This document shows positions 1 to 7,991 of a stretch of DNA of 15,939 nucleotides, in pieces (position 1 is the first letter of the stretch; every line of letters begins with the position of its first letter). The stretch is from assembly GCA_037444485.1 (NCBI GenBank), contig JBBIMI010000020.1:1-15939 (forward strand). Reading direction: 5' to 3'. The position numbers and the translations under genes are program-made. The stretch comes from Candidatus Micrarchaeota archaeon. GTDB taxonomy: Archaea; Micrarchaeota; Micrarchaeia; Norongarragalinales; Norongarragalinaceae. The notes beneath the pieces are model-generated. The model ran no database searches, was not told where the DNA came from, and worked only from the letters and a program-made list of their open reading frames with translations.

Positions 1-2
1 AC

Positions 3-107
3 GCTGGCGACGTGCGCATTACCATACGCGCTCGCCGCAAGCCCCAATCGATTTTCGACGAAGCGGCAGAACTCCTCGAAAATTTCCTCGAATGGCTCGG
101 CTTATGA
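3..107 (+). CDS. 3' end of an unknown protein running in from the left edge (...AGDVRITIRARRKPQSIFDEAAELLENFLEWLGL*)
   Basis: Open frame from the window edge to TGA 105-107, with GC-rich host-like codons and an amphipathic C-terminal helix. No family recognised. Confidence 0.6.
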   Translation, partial: AGDVRITIRARRKPQSIFDEAAELLENFLEWLGL

Positions 108-376
108 TGTAAGCTGAAGCAAACAATAATTGCGTAAAATTCTTAGAGCATTTATTCCACTTTGAATTGCATCTTGTGCGACTGAATTGTTAAACGCGGC
201 TTCAAAGCGGTTAAGGACCTAAATTAGGGTGGTTATGAGGTCTGGAAAACCAAACAACCATGGTGCTAAATCGGCTAGCCCTGCAGGTAAAAACGTAAAC
301 CAGGTTTTTGTAATCGTTTCGAAACTACCACCTTGCTTGCGAACATGAATGCGTAGTTTAATCTTTACAAAACTAA

Positions 377-1567
377 CTAAACTAACTCGCCCTTAAACGC
401 TTTCCTCAAAATAGCGTTAGGTAACAAGTTAAGGGCATGTTCTTTACGCGTGTATTCCTCGCTTATTCCTTTTGCTTTCTGGTGAATGATATCAAGCTTA
501 GCGACAATCTTACGCTGAACATGAAGTGGCGGCGTAGGTATTATTACTTGCCCTAACTTTGTAGCGTTAACATTTTTTTGGGTTGTTTCAGTTGTCTTTT
601 CAAGAATTTGGTCAAAATAGTCCTGTGTTTGCAGATAGAATGCGACAAATTTAGGTAGTGCTTTTTCGGGATTGATTCGAAAGCGTATCAAGTAAGAAGC
701 GAATATCGCGAGTTCATCCAACTCGAACAAACTCGCTTTCCCAGGTTCCCCAGTTCTCGCTATTAACAAATCACCCTTTTCCAATAAGTAATTTCTTGCT
801 TCCTTAGATTTTAAATTAGAATAGACTTTGGGTTCAATCTTAAAACCGCCAGCATCATTCATATCTGTAATTCGCAGAAGTCTTGGGCCATTAGGCACTT
901 TTTCTGCCGCACAAGTATATCCATATTGCTTTAGAAGCGATAGTTCATCTAGCGTTTTTATTTCCCAGCCTTTAGGCAATTCTTCTTCTGGATTCGGAAT
1001 TAGTTTGCTTATCGCGGCTTGCATTATTTTCTCGCTCTTTGCTTTCGCCAACTCGTGCTGTTTTTTCGCTTCATTGTATTCCTTAAAGAAAGCGTCAAGC
1101 TTAGCAACAATCTTACGCTGAACAGAAAGCGGCGGCAAAGGAATCTTTTTGGAATAAACTTTTTCTTTTTGCAAGTGCGGAATTCCAGTTCCTCTTGTTT
1201 CAGAGTTAAATTCGTCAAATAAAGTTGAAACAAAGTAATACAGGTACTTTGGCTCAATAAGCTCCTTTTTTGGTTTCAAAGCCACAATAGTTGAACCAAT
1301 AACTCCTTCACTTCCAATCGACGATAAGCCTGCGCGAGCACCATCCCAAACTAATAGCGTGTCTTCTTTAGAACAGCTAGGACAAGTTGAATCATCAGTA
1401 TAATATGTATGGTTGTCAATTCCAAAAGAACTTATTAAAATGTAGGGAAAACTTCCACTCTGTTTTTCTTTGAATAATCGTTTAGGTTTGCGACCTTTAA
1501 CTGGAACAAATACGTTTTTTAACAGAGTTATTTCCCAGCCTTCAGGCAATTCTTGTTTGTCGGGCAT
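377..1567 (-). CDS. hsdS: Type I RM specificity subunit with two TRDs (396 aa)
   Basis: Duplicated conserved segments ELP(E/K)GWEI and PPL.VQRKIVAKLD flank two variable domains, and the C-terminus is AILRKAFKGELV. ATG 1567 preferred (1 nt after the upstream TAA at 1569-1571) over the ORF-track start at 1582. Confidence 0.96.
   Translation of the reverse strand: MPDKQELPEGWEITLLKNVFVPVKGRKPKRLFKEKQSGSFPYILISSFGIDNHTYYTDDSTCPSCSKEDTLLVWDGARAGLSSIGSEGVIGSTIVALKPKKELIEPKYLYYFVSTLFDEFNSETRGTGIPHLQKEKVYSKKIPLPPLSVQRKIVAKLDAFFKEYNEAKKQHELAKAKSEKIMQAAISKLIPNPEEELPKGWEIKTLDELSLLKQYGYTCAAEKVPNGPRLLRITDMNDAGGFKIEPKVYSNLKSKEARNYLLEKGDLLIARTGEPGKASLFELDELAIFASYLIRFRINPEKALPKFVAFYLQTQDYFDQILEKTTETTQKNVNATKLGQVIIPTPPLHVQRKIVAKLDIIHQKAKGISEEYTRKEHALNLLPNAILRKAFKGELV
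492..1554. repeat. Two pairs of near-perfect direct repeats bracketing the hsdS TRDs: 492-521/1095-1124 (29/30) and 958-984/1528-1554 (26/27)
   Basis: tcaagcttagc[g/a]acaatcttacgctgaaca and ttatttcccagcctt[t/c]aggcaattctt, read directly from the sequence. Confidence 0.93.
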
Positions 1568-1568
1568 T

Positions 1569-2066
1569 TTATTCGCCTTCAAAAAGATTGTCTTCGAACC
1601 ACTCTACAAATTGACTAGTTCGCGGATCGAATTGAACTAGTGTAAGCTTTTCATAGCCATACCCGCCAGCTAGTAGTTTGAAAACAGTTTTAGATAGCCG
1701 TTTGACTTCCTCTGGAATTTCTTTGGTGGAAATAAGAAAAGAGTATTTTGAATTAAGCAATTCCGCATACCTGCGCGTTTGATAAATGTGGTCTAAGTTT
1801 ATTGTTTCATCCTTTACTTCTGCTACTATCGAATAGGTCATCTTCAGTTCGCCTTCTTCAACAAACCCAGCAATATCTGGCCGATTAGTTTGAAGAAAGT
1901 AAAAAACGATTTCCGTAAATTGCGAAATTCTCTGCTTTAGAGTATTACTAAAAATTCCCTTCGCAGATATTTCAAGATGGCAGTTACCAAATTTTTTTTT
2001 AAATAATTCTTCCAGCGATAGTTTAATGGGCTCGTAATATTTAGCTTCAGTTTTTTCAGATGCCAT
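1569..2066 (-). CDS. Stand-alone PD-(D/E)XK-superfamily nuclease-like protein (165 aa) inside the Type I RM operon
   Basis: From ATG 2066 (MASEKTEAKYYEPIK): N-terminal helix Glu, RPD, IVAEVK (E-x-K) and HIYQTRRY (QxxxY). Overlaps the hsdM end by 11 nt and ends 1 nt before hsdS. The ORF-track extension to 2180 lies within hsdM. Confidence 0.8.
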   Translation of the reverse strand: MASEKTEAKYYEPIKLSLEELFKKKFGNCHLEISAKGIFSNTLKQRISQFTEIVFYFLQTNRPDIAGFVEEGELKMTYSIVAEVKDETINLDHIYQTRRYAELLNSKYSFLISTKEIPEEVKRLSKTVFKLLAGGYGYEKLTLVQFDPRTSQFVEWFEDNLFEGE

Positions 2067-3447
2067 TTTCCAACACTTCTTGTATTTTTTCCAAGTGGTC
2101 GTGAATCTTGTGCTCGCTTTCCTTAATCGCCTCGATAAGCGCTTCGGGCTCCAAATCAGCATCTTCATCAAGTTCCTCACTCTTCAACCACTTGATATCC
2201 AAGTGATAACCCCTATCGCGAATCTCTTCATGAGTGAAACACTTGAAGCGCTCAGACTCGACGCGTTTCGAAATGCCATTAGGGTCGCTACCATACGCTT
2301 TCTCGAACTCTTCGAAATGTTTCGGTGAAAGCGGGCGGTCTTTCTTCGTGATTGACGGAACGTTCGTCCGCGCGTCAAAAATCCACGTTTTCTCAGTAGG
2401 CATGCCTTTCGTGAAAAACAAGACGTTTGCCTTCACGCCCGGCGAGTAAGGCGAAAAAGTGCCATTAGGAAGACGCAAAACCGTGTGAACATTACAATCC
2501 TTCATTAAAATCTCGAAAACTTCAGCCGCCTTTTCCTCAAACAACACATTGTCGGGCACTACGATGGCGGCTCGCCCGCCGGGCTTGAGGATTGTTAGAA
2601 CGTGCTGCACAAAGTTGAGTTGCTTGTTGCTCGTTGAAACCGTAAAATCATCACGGTCTGGCGCTTGATTAGCTCCCTTAGTCCCAAAAGGTGGGTTCGT
2701 GAGTATTACGTCAAAACGCTTTCCACGGTCAGGCTCGTAAATAGAGTCCCCCAAATAAATTTCGCTTTCAAGCCCGTGAAGATACAAATTCATTAAACAC
2801 AACGTATGCGGCCGGGCTACAAGCTCTTGACCAGAATAAGTTTTTTTTGTTATTCTCTCCACGTCACTCCGGTCAATGACGCCCTTGCTTTCTTTCATCA
2901 GCCATTCATACGCCGAAATTAGGAAACCGCCAGTTCCAGCAGCAGGGTCGTGAATAGTAAATTCTTTTTTCTTGCGCGGGTCTGGCTTCATTATGCGAAC
3001 AATCGAATCGATTAGAATTCTGGGCGTGAAATATTGTCCGGCACCTTTCTTGCCTTCAGCAGCCGACTTTTCAAGCAATCCCTCGTAAACAGCTGCCTTG
3101 ACGTCCACCTTCAACGCAGTCCAATCCGTTTCGTCAATCAATTCAATTAATTTTTTCAGATTTGCAGGCGTTCGGAATCGCGAGAGAGCGCCTGAATAAA
3201 TTTGGCCGAGCAAGCCTTGCTCTTTACCGAGAGCCCGCAAGGCATCCACGTAATGATCTAACAGTTCGGACCCAGACTTTTCTCGCAGGGAAGCCCAAGA
3301 GTACTTCTTTGGAATCGGCAAGCCGCGTTCTTCAGCCATCTTCAAGAAAAGCAGGTACGTTATCTGCTCGATGTAGTCTCCATAGTCTATGCCGTCATGG
3401 CGGAGAACGTGACAAAAACCCCACAATTTCTGCACTACGTCCGTCAT
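2056..3447 (-). CDS. hsdM: Type I RM N6-adenine methyltransferase subunit (463 aa)
   Basis: HsdM N-terminus KLWGFCHVLRHDG...YLLFLKM, GQYFTPR, motif I DPAAGTGG, motif IV NPPF. ATGA overlap with hsdR at 3444-3447. Confidence 0.97.
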   Translation of the reverse strand: MTDVVQKLWGFCHVLRHDGIDYGDYIEQITYLLFLKMAEERGLPIPKKYSWASLREKSGSELLDHYVDALRALGKEQGLLGQIYSGALSRFRTPANLKKLIELIDETDWTALKVDVKAAVYEGLLEKSAAEGKKGAGQYFTPRILIDSIVRIMKPDPRKKKEFTIHDPAAGTGGFLISAYEWLMKESKGVIDRSDVERITKKTYSGQELVARPHTLCLMNLYLHGLESEIYLGDSIYEPDRGKRFDVILTNPPFGTKGANQAPDRDDFTVSTSNKQLNFVQHVLTILKPGGRAAIVVPDNVLFEEKAAEVFEILMKDCNVHTVLRLPNGTFSPYSPGVKANVLFFTKGMPTEKTWIFDARTNVPSITKKDRPLSPKHFEEFEKAYGSDPNGISKRVESERFKCFTHEEIRDRGYHLDIKWLKSEELDEDADLEPEALIEAIKESEHKIHDHLEKIQEVLENGI

Positions 3448-6098
3448 TTCGCTATCTCCTCGTTAACCTTCCTAAGCAAAGAGTGCAGAGTACCGTTGAA
3501 GTCCTTGTCAGCCCGCTTTAACCCGCCTTCACGCGTAAATATCGGAATAGTCTGCAAGTCTTTCTCGTCAATGGCCAGGTTGACTATCAAATGGTCTTTG
3601 ATTAATTCAAGCCATTTTTCTTGTTCTTTAGTGAATTTATTTCCCTTCGTCAAGTGCTCCATTGCCTTCTCCACGCGCTCTTGAGCGCTAAGCAGCGGTT
3701 CGCTTTTGGCAGCGTGCTTGATTATCGAAATGATGTCTGCAAGCTCGTTATGATACGCTTTGCGAAGCCGGTCTTCGGTAAACTTGTAAGGCGTTTTGGC
3801 TAGCTTAGTTCGCAAGTCGAACAAAGCTTCGGTACCCCACTCTTTCGGCCGATTTAATAGTATTTTTATCGCCTCGATTTTCTCCGGATTTTCTTTAACA
3901 AATTTTTCGAATGCTTTGATGTAATCTTCGGGCTTTATTTCCGCGTCGGCAATGCGGAAAGCGTATTGCGAGGAAACCTCGTCTTGGGTTTCATATGCTA
4001 CGAGAAAACTTTTTGGCCTGCGCTGGTAGTTTTCCAACAATTTTTGAAAACCTTTATTTCTTAGAAGGGTGATGGTTTCTGCAAAATTCTTTTCAAGCGC
4101 TTGCGGAAGCGCTTGAGCAAACTGGCCAACGTCGCCATGTGGAATGTATTGCGCGAAGTCTTCCAGGGACTCTCCACTCATGTTTTTAGAAATTCGCTGA
4201 AGCCTCTTTACTAGACAACGAACGTTATAAGCGCGATCTTTATTGTGATAAATGTCTTGAATTACTTCTCGGATAGAGCGTGACGGCTTATCAGGCGGTT
4301 CGATAGTAAAATCAGTCGTTTTGTCAAAGTATTCCAATAACGAGCCCCCGAAGCAATCAAATACGGTAAAGTGCGTTTTGTTTATCGCGTCGCACCGCCT
4401 AGTGCCTCGACCGAGCATTTGAGCAAACAAAATCCTCGATTTTACTGGACGCAAAAATATTATGTTCTCGAGCGCGGGAATGTCAACGCCAGTAGAAAGC
4501 ATGTCCACCGTAACGACCACCGCCGGTTCGGGGCGATTGCGGAACTCGCGTATTTTCTGCAGCGGCCGATCTACAGTAGGACTGCCAGTGATTTTCTGAA
4601 CGAAAGAATCGCCGCGATTAAACTCTTCACGCAAAGCTTTGACTAGGCGGTCGGCGTGCGAGACTTGCGGCAAGTCGTTCGTAGCGAATATTAGAGTTTT
4701 AGGAAAGTGGCCGAGTTCCTTTTCTTGTTCTAGCGCGTGTTTAGAAAACTCTTTAACGATTTTCTTAGTCGAATCGGGCGAAGTAATTTCGCGCTCGATT
4801 TTAGTACTGTCAAACTCTCGCTCGTCTTCAATGCGGTCTAGCTTTTCAATGCCTTTTTCCGTGTCAATTACTCCGACTAACTCGTTTTCTTTCAAGAACA
4901 AGCCCTTCATCTTCACTTTAGAATTGATTGTAACAACATCGTAATCAACGAGGTAACCGTCTTTCACCGCTTGCTCGTAACCATAGCGGTAGATTATGTC
5001 GTTAAAGTAGGCTTTAGTGTGCGCTGCAGGAGTTGCAGTCAAACCTATTTTTACAGCGTCGAAGTAATCTAGGACTTCACGCCATTTGCTTATTTCAGTA
5101 GCAGTATAACCGCGGTGACACTCGTCAGCAATTACAAGGTCGAAAGCGTGGATTGGAATGTCGAGCTTAGGCAAGTCTGCTTCGTCCGAAAAATCGCCTT
5201 CTTCCTCCTCAAAAGCGCCTTCCTTACCGAAGAGGTTGATACGCATGCGCTGGATTGTGCAAACGTAAACAAACGCATGTCCTGGTTTCGGGTTGGTCAA
5301 GTAATTAGTTGGAAGAATTTTTGGGTTAAACTTTTCTTCATCAAAATCCTCGCGCTTAAACTTTTGACTGTAAACCTCGTAAGCCTTATCGAACTTTAAA
5401 CCCGGGCGTATCTCGAAGGTGGAGAACTCGCGGACTGCTTGAGCCACTAAAGCGCGTCGGTCTACTAGAAACAGAATACGCCGAGCGTAGCCAGATTCCA
5501 TCAAGCGGTGGATTTGCAAAACCATGTTGAAAGTCTTGCCAGTTCCAGTAGCCATCACGAGCAGCATTTGACGCTTTCCCTTGTTCAAAGCATCTTCGAT
5601 TGCATTGACAGCCTCGGTTTGGTAATACCTTGCTTTAGGATGCGGCGTAATGTTCGCGCGCATCCACTTAAGTCCGTCTTCCTGTTTGTTCGAAAGCATT
5701 TCTTGCAAGCCGATTGGCGTGTGAAATTTGAACACGCGCCGAGAAACGCTTTTTTCTTTGCGGAGGTCTTGAAACCAAAATTCGGTGCCGTTAGTGGAAT
5801 ACGCGAATGCCACGCCAAATTCGCCGAAGCGAGGTGGTTTAATACCTTTAGCGTATCGAAGCGCTTGAGAAAGCACGTTTTGAATGCCTAAACTCTCTTT
5901 TTTCGCTTCAACAACTGCTATAAAACCGCCTTTAACCACGAGAAGATAATCGACTGGACCGGATTCTGTAGGGTATTCAGCTATCGCGCAAGCCAGGTAC
6001 TGTGAGTAATCTGCGTTTTCTTCGAAGGGCACTACCTTCCAGCCACTAGCTTCGAGAAACGCGTCTATCCTTTTTCGTGTTTCAGCTTCGGTTAGCAA
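3444..6098 (-). CDS. hsdR: Type I RM restriction subunit (884 aa, EcoKI/EcoEI-like)
   Basis: Nuclease motifs GPVDYLL..VVEAKK..QALRY. SF2 motifs RYYQ, ATGTGKT, DECHR, TATP, MLSTGVD, QMLGRGTR. TTG start preceded by AGGGGGT. Confidence 0.97.
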   Translation of the reverse strand: MLTEAETRKRIDAFLEASGWKVVPFEENADYSQYLACAIAEYPTESGPVDYLLVVKGGFIAVVEAKKESLGIQNVLSQALRYAKGIKPPRFGEFGVAFAYSTNGTEFWFQDLRKEKSVSRRVFKFHTPIGLQEMLSNKQEDGLKWMRANITPHPKARYYQTEAVNAIEDALNKGKRQMLLVMATGTGKTFNMVLQIHRLMESGYARRILFLVDRRALVAQAVREFSTFEIRPGLKFDKAYEVYSQKFKREDFDEEKFNPKILPTNYLTNPKPGHAFVYVCTIQRMRINLFGKEGAFEEEEGDFSDEADLPKLDIPIHAFDLVIADECHRGYTATEISKWREVLDYFDAVKIGLTATPAAHTKAYFNDIIYRYGYEQAVKDGYLVDYDVVTINSKVKMKGLFLKENELVGVIDTEKGIEKLDRIEDEREFDSTKIEREITSPDSTKKIVKEFSKHALEQEKELGHFPKTLIFATNDLPQVSHADRLVKALREEFNRGDSFVQKITGSPTVDRPLQKIREFRNRPEPAVVVTVDMLSTGVDIPALENIIFLRPVKSRILFAQMLGRGTRRCDAINKTHFTVFDCFGGSLLEYFDKTTDFTIEPPDKPSRSIREVIQDIYHNKDRAYNVRCLVKRLQRISKNMSGESLEDFAQYIPHGDVGQFAQALPQALEKNFAETITLLRNKGFQKLLENYQRRPKSFLVAYETQDEVSSQYAFRIADAEIKPEDYIKAFEKFVKENPEKIEAIKILLNRPKEWGTEALFDLRTKLAKTPYKFTEDRLRKAYHNELADIISIIKHAAKSEPLLSAQERVEKAMEHLTKGNKFTKEQEKWLELIKDHLIVNLAIDEKDLQTIPIFTREGGLKRADKDFNGTLHSLLRKVNEEIAK

Positions 6099-6170
6099 GA
6101 CTTGAGACCCCCTTTATATAGTATTGATTGAGGGTTAAAAATAAGCTTATCTCCTAATCGAATTTACATC

Positions 6171-6764
6171 CTAGAAAAGTCCGTTGACTTTCATGCTGGC
6201 ATAGTTTCCGCCGCCGATTATTAGGTGATCTTGAACCTTTATGCCAATCAGCTTGCCAGCTTCAACGATTTTTTGCGTAGTTTCGATATCAGCTGTGCTA
6301 GGGGTGGGATCGCCGGATGGATGATTGTGCACTAAAATTACTGCAGCTGCCGATTCTTTCAACGCCATTTTGAACACTTCGCGCGGATGCATGATGCCTT
6401 CATTAAGCGTCCCGATTGAAATGTTTTGAATCTTGATTATCTTGTTTCTCGAGTCGAGCATTACAACTTTGAATACTTCCTTGTCGAGAAAACGCATTTC
6501 CGGAATCAACAACTCCGCCACATCCTTATCAGTTCGAACAAACCCGCCGTTGTTTTGCTTTACAGCCGCAAAGCGTTTTCCCAATTCGAAGCAAGCTTGA
6601 ATCTGGGCTGCTTTAGCCAAGCCAATGCCGTTAGTCTGCTGCAATTCACTCAAACTCGACGAGAAAAGCGAGACTAGGTTGCCGTCATTCTTTTTCAAAA
6701 GCTGCAGAGCAACGTCAACAACCGTCTCTTCAGTAGTTCCAGTACGCAGAATCAAAGCTAGAAG
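6171..6764 (-). pseudogene. radC: RadC-family JAB/MPN protein, apparently missing its N-terminal ~25 aa
   Basis: LLALILRTG, HhH GIGLAKA, EVFKVVMLDSRNKII, HPREVFK and JAB motif HNHPSGDPTPSTAD are intact. The usual N-terminal RPRERL..G...LSDAE is absent in all frames. The ORF-track N-terminus (6765-6839) is unrelated sequence. A shortened product from TTG 6755 is possible. Confidence 0.75.
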
Positions 6765-7012
6765 AAACAATTCCAGCAGAATCAGGCAACAAGCACACAA
6801 GCGAAAAGAAAGCCCGAGAGGGCTCATAGTCAGCCTCAAACGCTAAGCCAAACATGTGGAAAACCAATTGAAAAACGGCGCTAGGCGAAAAAAAAGGCGC
6901 CGCAGAAAAACCAAAGAATTTGAAGGAAACTCCCGAAAAGAAGCCTTCCTTCAATAGTATAGAACATAAAAACAATAAAAACCTATTGCTAGCACGTAAA
7001 CTATTTAAATAG
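6758..7012 (+). pseudogene. Possible degenerate 3' remnant of a K/E/P-rich protein gene
   Basis: One frame reads LEETIPAESGNKHTSEKKAREGS*SASNAKPNMWKTN*KTALGEKKGAAEKPKNLKETPEKKPSF...KLFK* with coding-like purine bias, stops at 6827 and 6869, and no start. Confidence 0.35.
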
Positions 7013-7054
7013 AATCGCGAAGAAGACGAGTTTCTTGTTAAACAAAAAGTTAGT

Positions 7055-7240
7055 TTATTTATAAATTCTGTTACATCTGCCAGTTTTAGGGTTATAGGTA
7101 TAATAATCATTCCAATCTTTTCCGTGTTGCCTTTTTTGAGCGCCGATATGGAGTCTTAAGACTTTTCTCCACGCATTTAATTCTCGTATTAATTCATCCA
7201 TTCGCTTTAGTGCATTAACCATACTTTTATTTGAAGCCAT
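7055..7240 (-). CDS. Small basic hypothetical protein (61 aa)
   Basis: ATG 4 nt after the upstream TGA, with a strong archaeal SD (AAGGTGA-tttt-ATG). Confidence 0.7.
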   Translation of the reverse strand: MASNKSMVNALKRMDELIRELNAWRKVLRLHIGAQKRQHGKDWNDYYTYNPKTGRCNRIYK

Positions 7241-7244
7241 AAAA

Positions 7245-7628
7245 TCACCTTTTTTCGTCTATTGGTACTACTGGTTTAAGATTAAATAAATGATTTACAG
7301 TTTCTCGCATGCTTCTAAGGTATAGTAGCAAAAAGATTGCACTGCCAGCAAAAATAGTTAGACTATAATCGAGAGCCAATTTTTCAACTGGGGATGGCAG
7401 ATTTCCTAATAAAATCAAGGCGTATTCCCAAACTAATTTTGTCCCCGAAACAGCTAAGATAAGAGCTACGAATGTAGGTATTACTGAAACTATTATTGAA
7501 GCGCATATTGTTTTCCAGTTTGCAGGCACATCTATGGGCTTTTTTAAGTTAAGTTCAATAGTATCAGAGAATTTTATTCTCTCTTTTGCTTCAAGAGCGT
7601 AATGTTTTGGACTTCTTCCTTTAGTCAT
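7245..7628 (-). CDS. Membrane protein with about 2 TM helices (127 aa)
   Basis: ATG 7628 in a TAATG overlap with the upstream gene, GAGG upstream. Hydrophobic segments ICASIIVSVIPTFVALILAV and YSLTIFAGSAIFLLLYL. Confidence 0.78.
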   Translation of the reverse strand: MTKGRSPKHYALEAKERIKFSDTIELNLKKPIDVPANWKTICASIIVSVIPTFVALILAVSGTKLVWEYALILLGNLPSPVEKLALDYSLTIFAGSAIFLLLYLRSMRETVNHLFNLKPVVPIDEKR

Positions 7629-7801
7629 TATTTTCCTCTCCAATCTAACGGCTGGGCACAATTAGGACAGTAGAGGTCAGTTTTATCCACAGGATAATTA
7701 CAACGAGGACAACGATGTGTTTTCAGTGCATCGAATATTACTTTACCTAAAAGGAGAAGCCCCGCAACCACCAATAAATCACTCAGATCTTTTCGATTCA
7801 T
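7628..7801 (-). CDS. Membrane-anchored zinc-ribbon protein (57 aa)
   Basis: N-terminal hydrophobic helix LLVVAGLLLLGKVIF followed by CPRC-x10-CPNC. ATG 7801 (TTG 7810 is an alternative). Confidence 0.8.
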   Translation of the reverse strand: MNRKDLSDLLVVAGLLLLGKVIFDALKTHRCPRCNYPVDKTDLYCPNCAQPLDWRGK

Positions 7802-7858
7802 AGATACCAAACACTCGTTAGTAGAGCATAAACATGATATTAATTATACAAGCATTAC

Positions 7859-7916
7859 TTTAAGGCAAGCAGCTTGCTTAAATAGTGGTAGTAAAAGTAA
7901 ACAATAAAGTATACTT
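7859..7916. promoter_or_regulatory. Dyad-symmetry sites in the divergent promoter region
   Basis: GCAAGC-A-GCTTGC (7865-7877, flanked by TTTAAG/TTAAA) and the palindrome AAGTATACTT (7907-7916), in AT-rich intergenic DNA between divergent genes. Confidence 0.4.
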
Positions 7917-7991
7917 GCATAAATAAGCGGTGACGGTTCATACTATTTGGCAATGATATACTAACACTCCGATGCTAAGATGGTGTGAAAG

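Noticed and set aside
111..117. AAGCTGA shared with 11112-11118 as a possible att/target duplication
   Set aside because: Only 7 bp, so expected by chance, and no recombinase is present.
371..387. AACT-type micro-repeat at the hsdS stop
   Set aside because: Too short and low in complexity to support a function.
1992..2000. A9 tract in the embedded nuclease gene (also A8 in hsdM at 2841-2848) as a phase-variation switch
   Set aside because: The tracts are short, encode Lys runs in frame, and are expected in A-rich genes.
828..5891. Numerous short antisense or alternate-frame ORFs within the hsd genes (likewise within ahcY, the HNH gene and the RecB-like gene)
   Set aside because: They are shadows of well-supported genes, with no motifs or ribosome-binding sites.
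6730..7110. 126-aa hydrophobic minus-strand ORF
   Set aside because: Its F/S/L richness is the antisense shadow of the A-rich plus strand. It overlaps both radC and the 61-aa gene, and has no motif.
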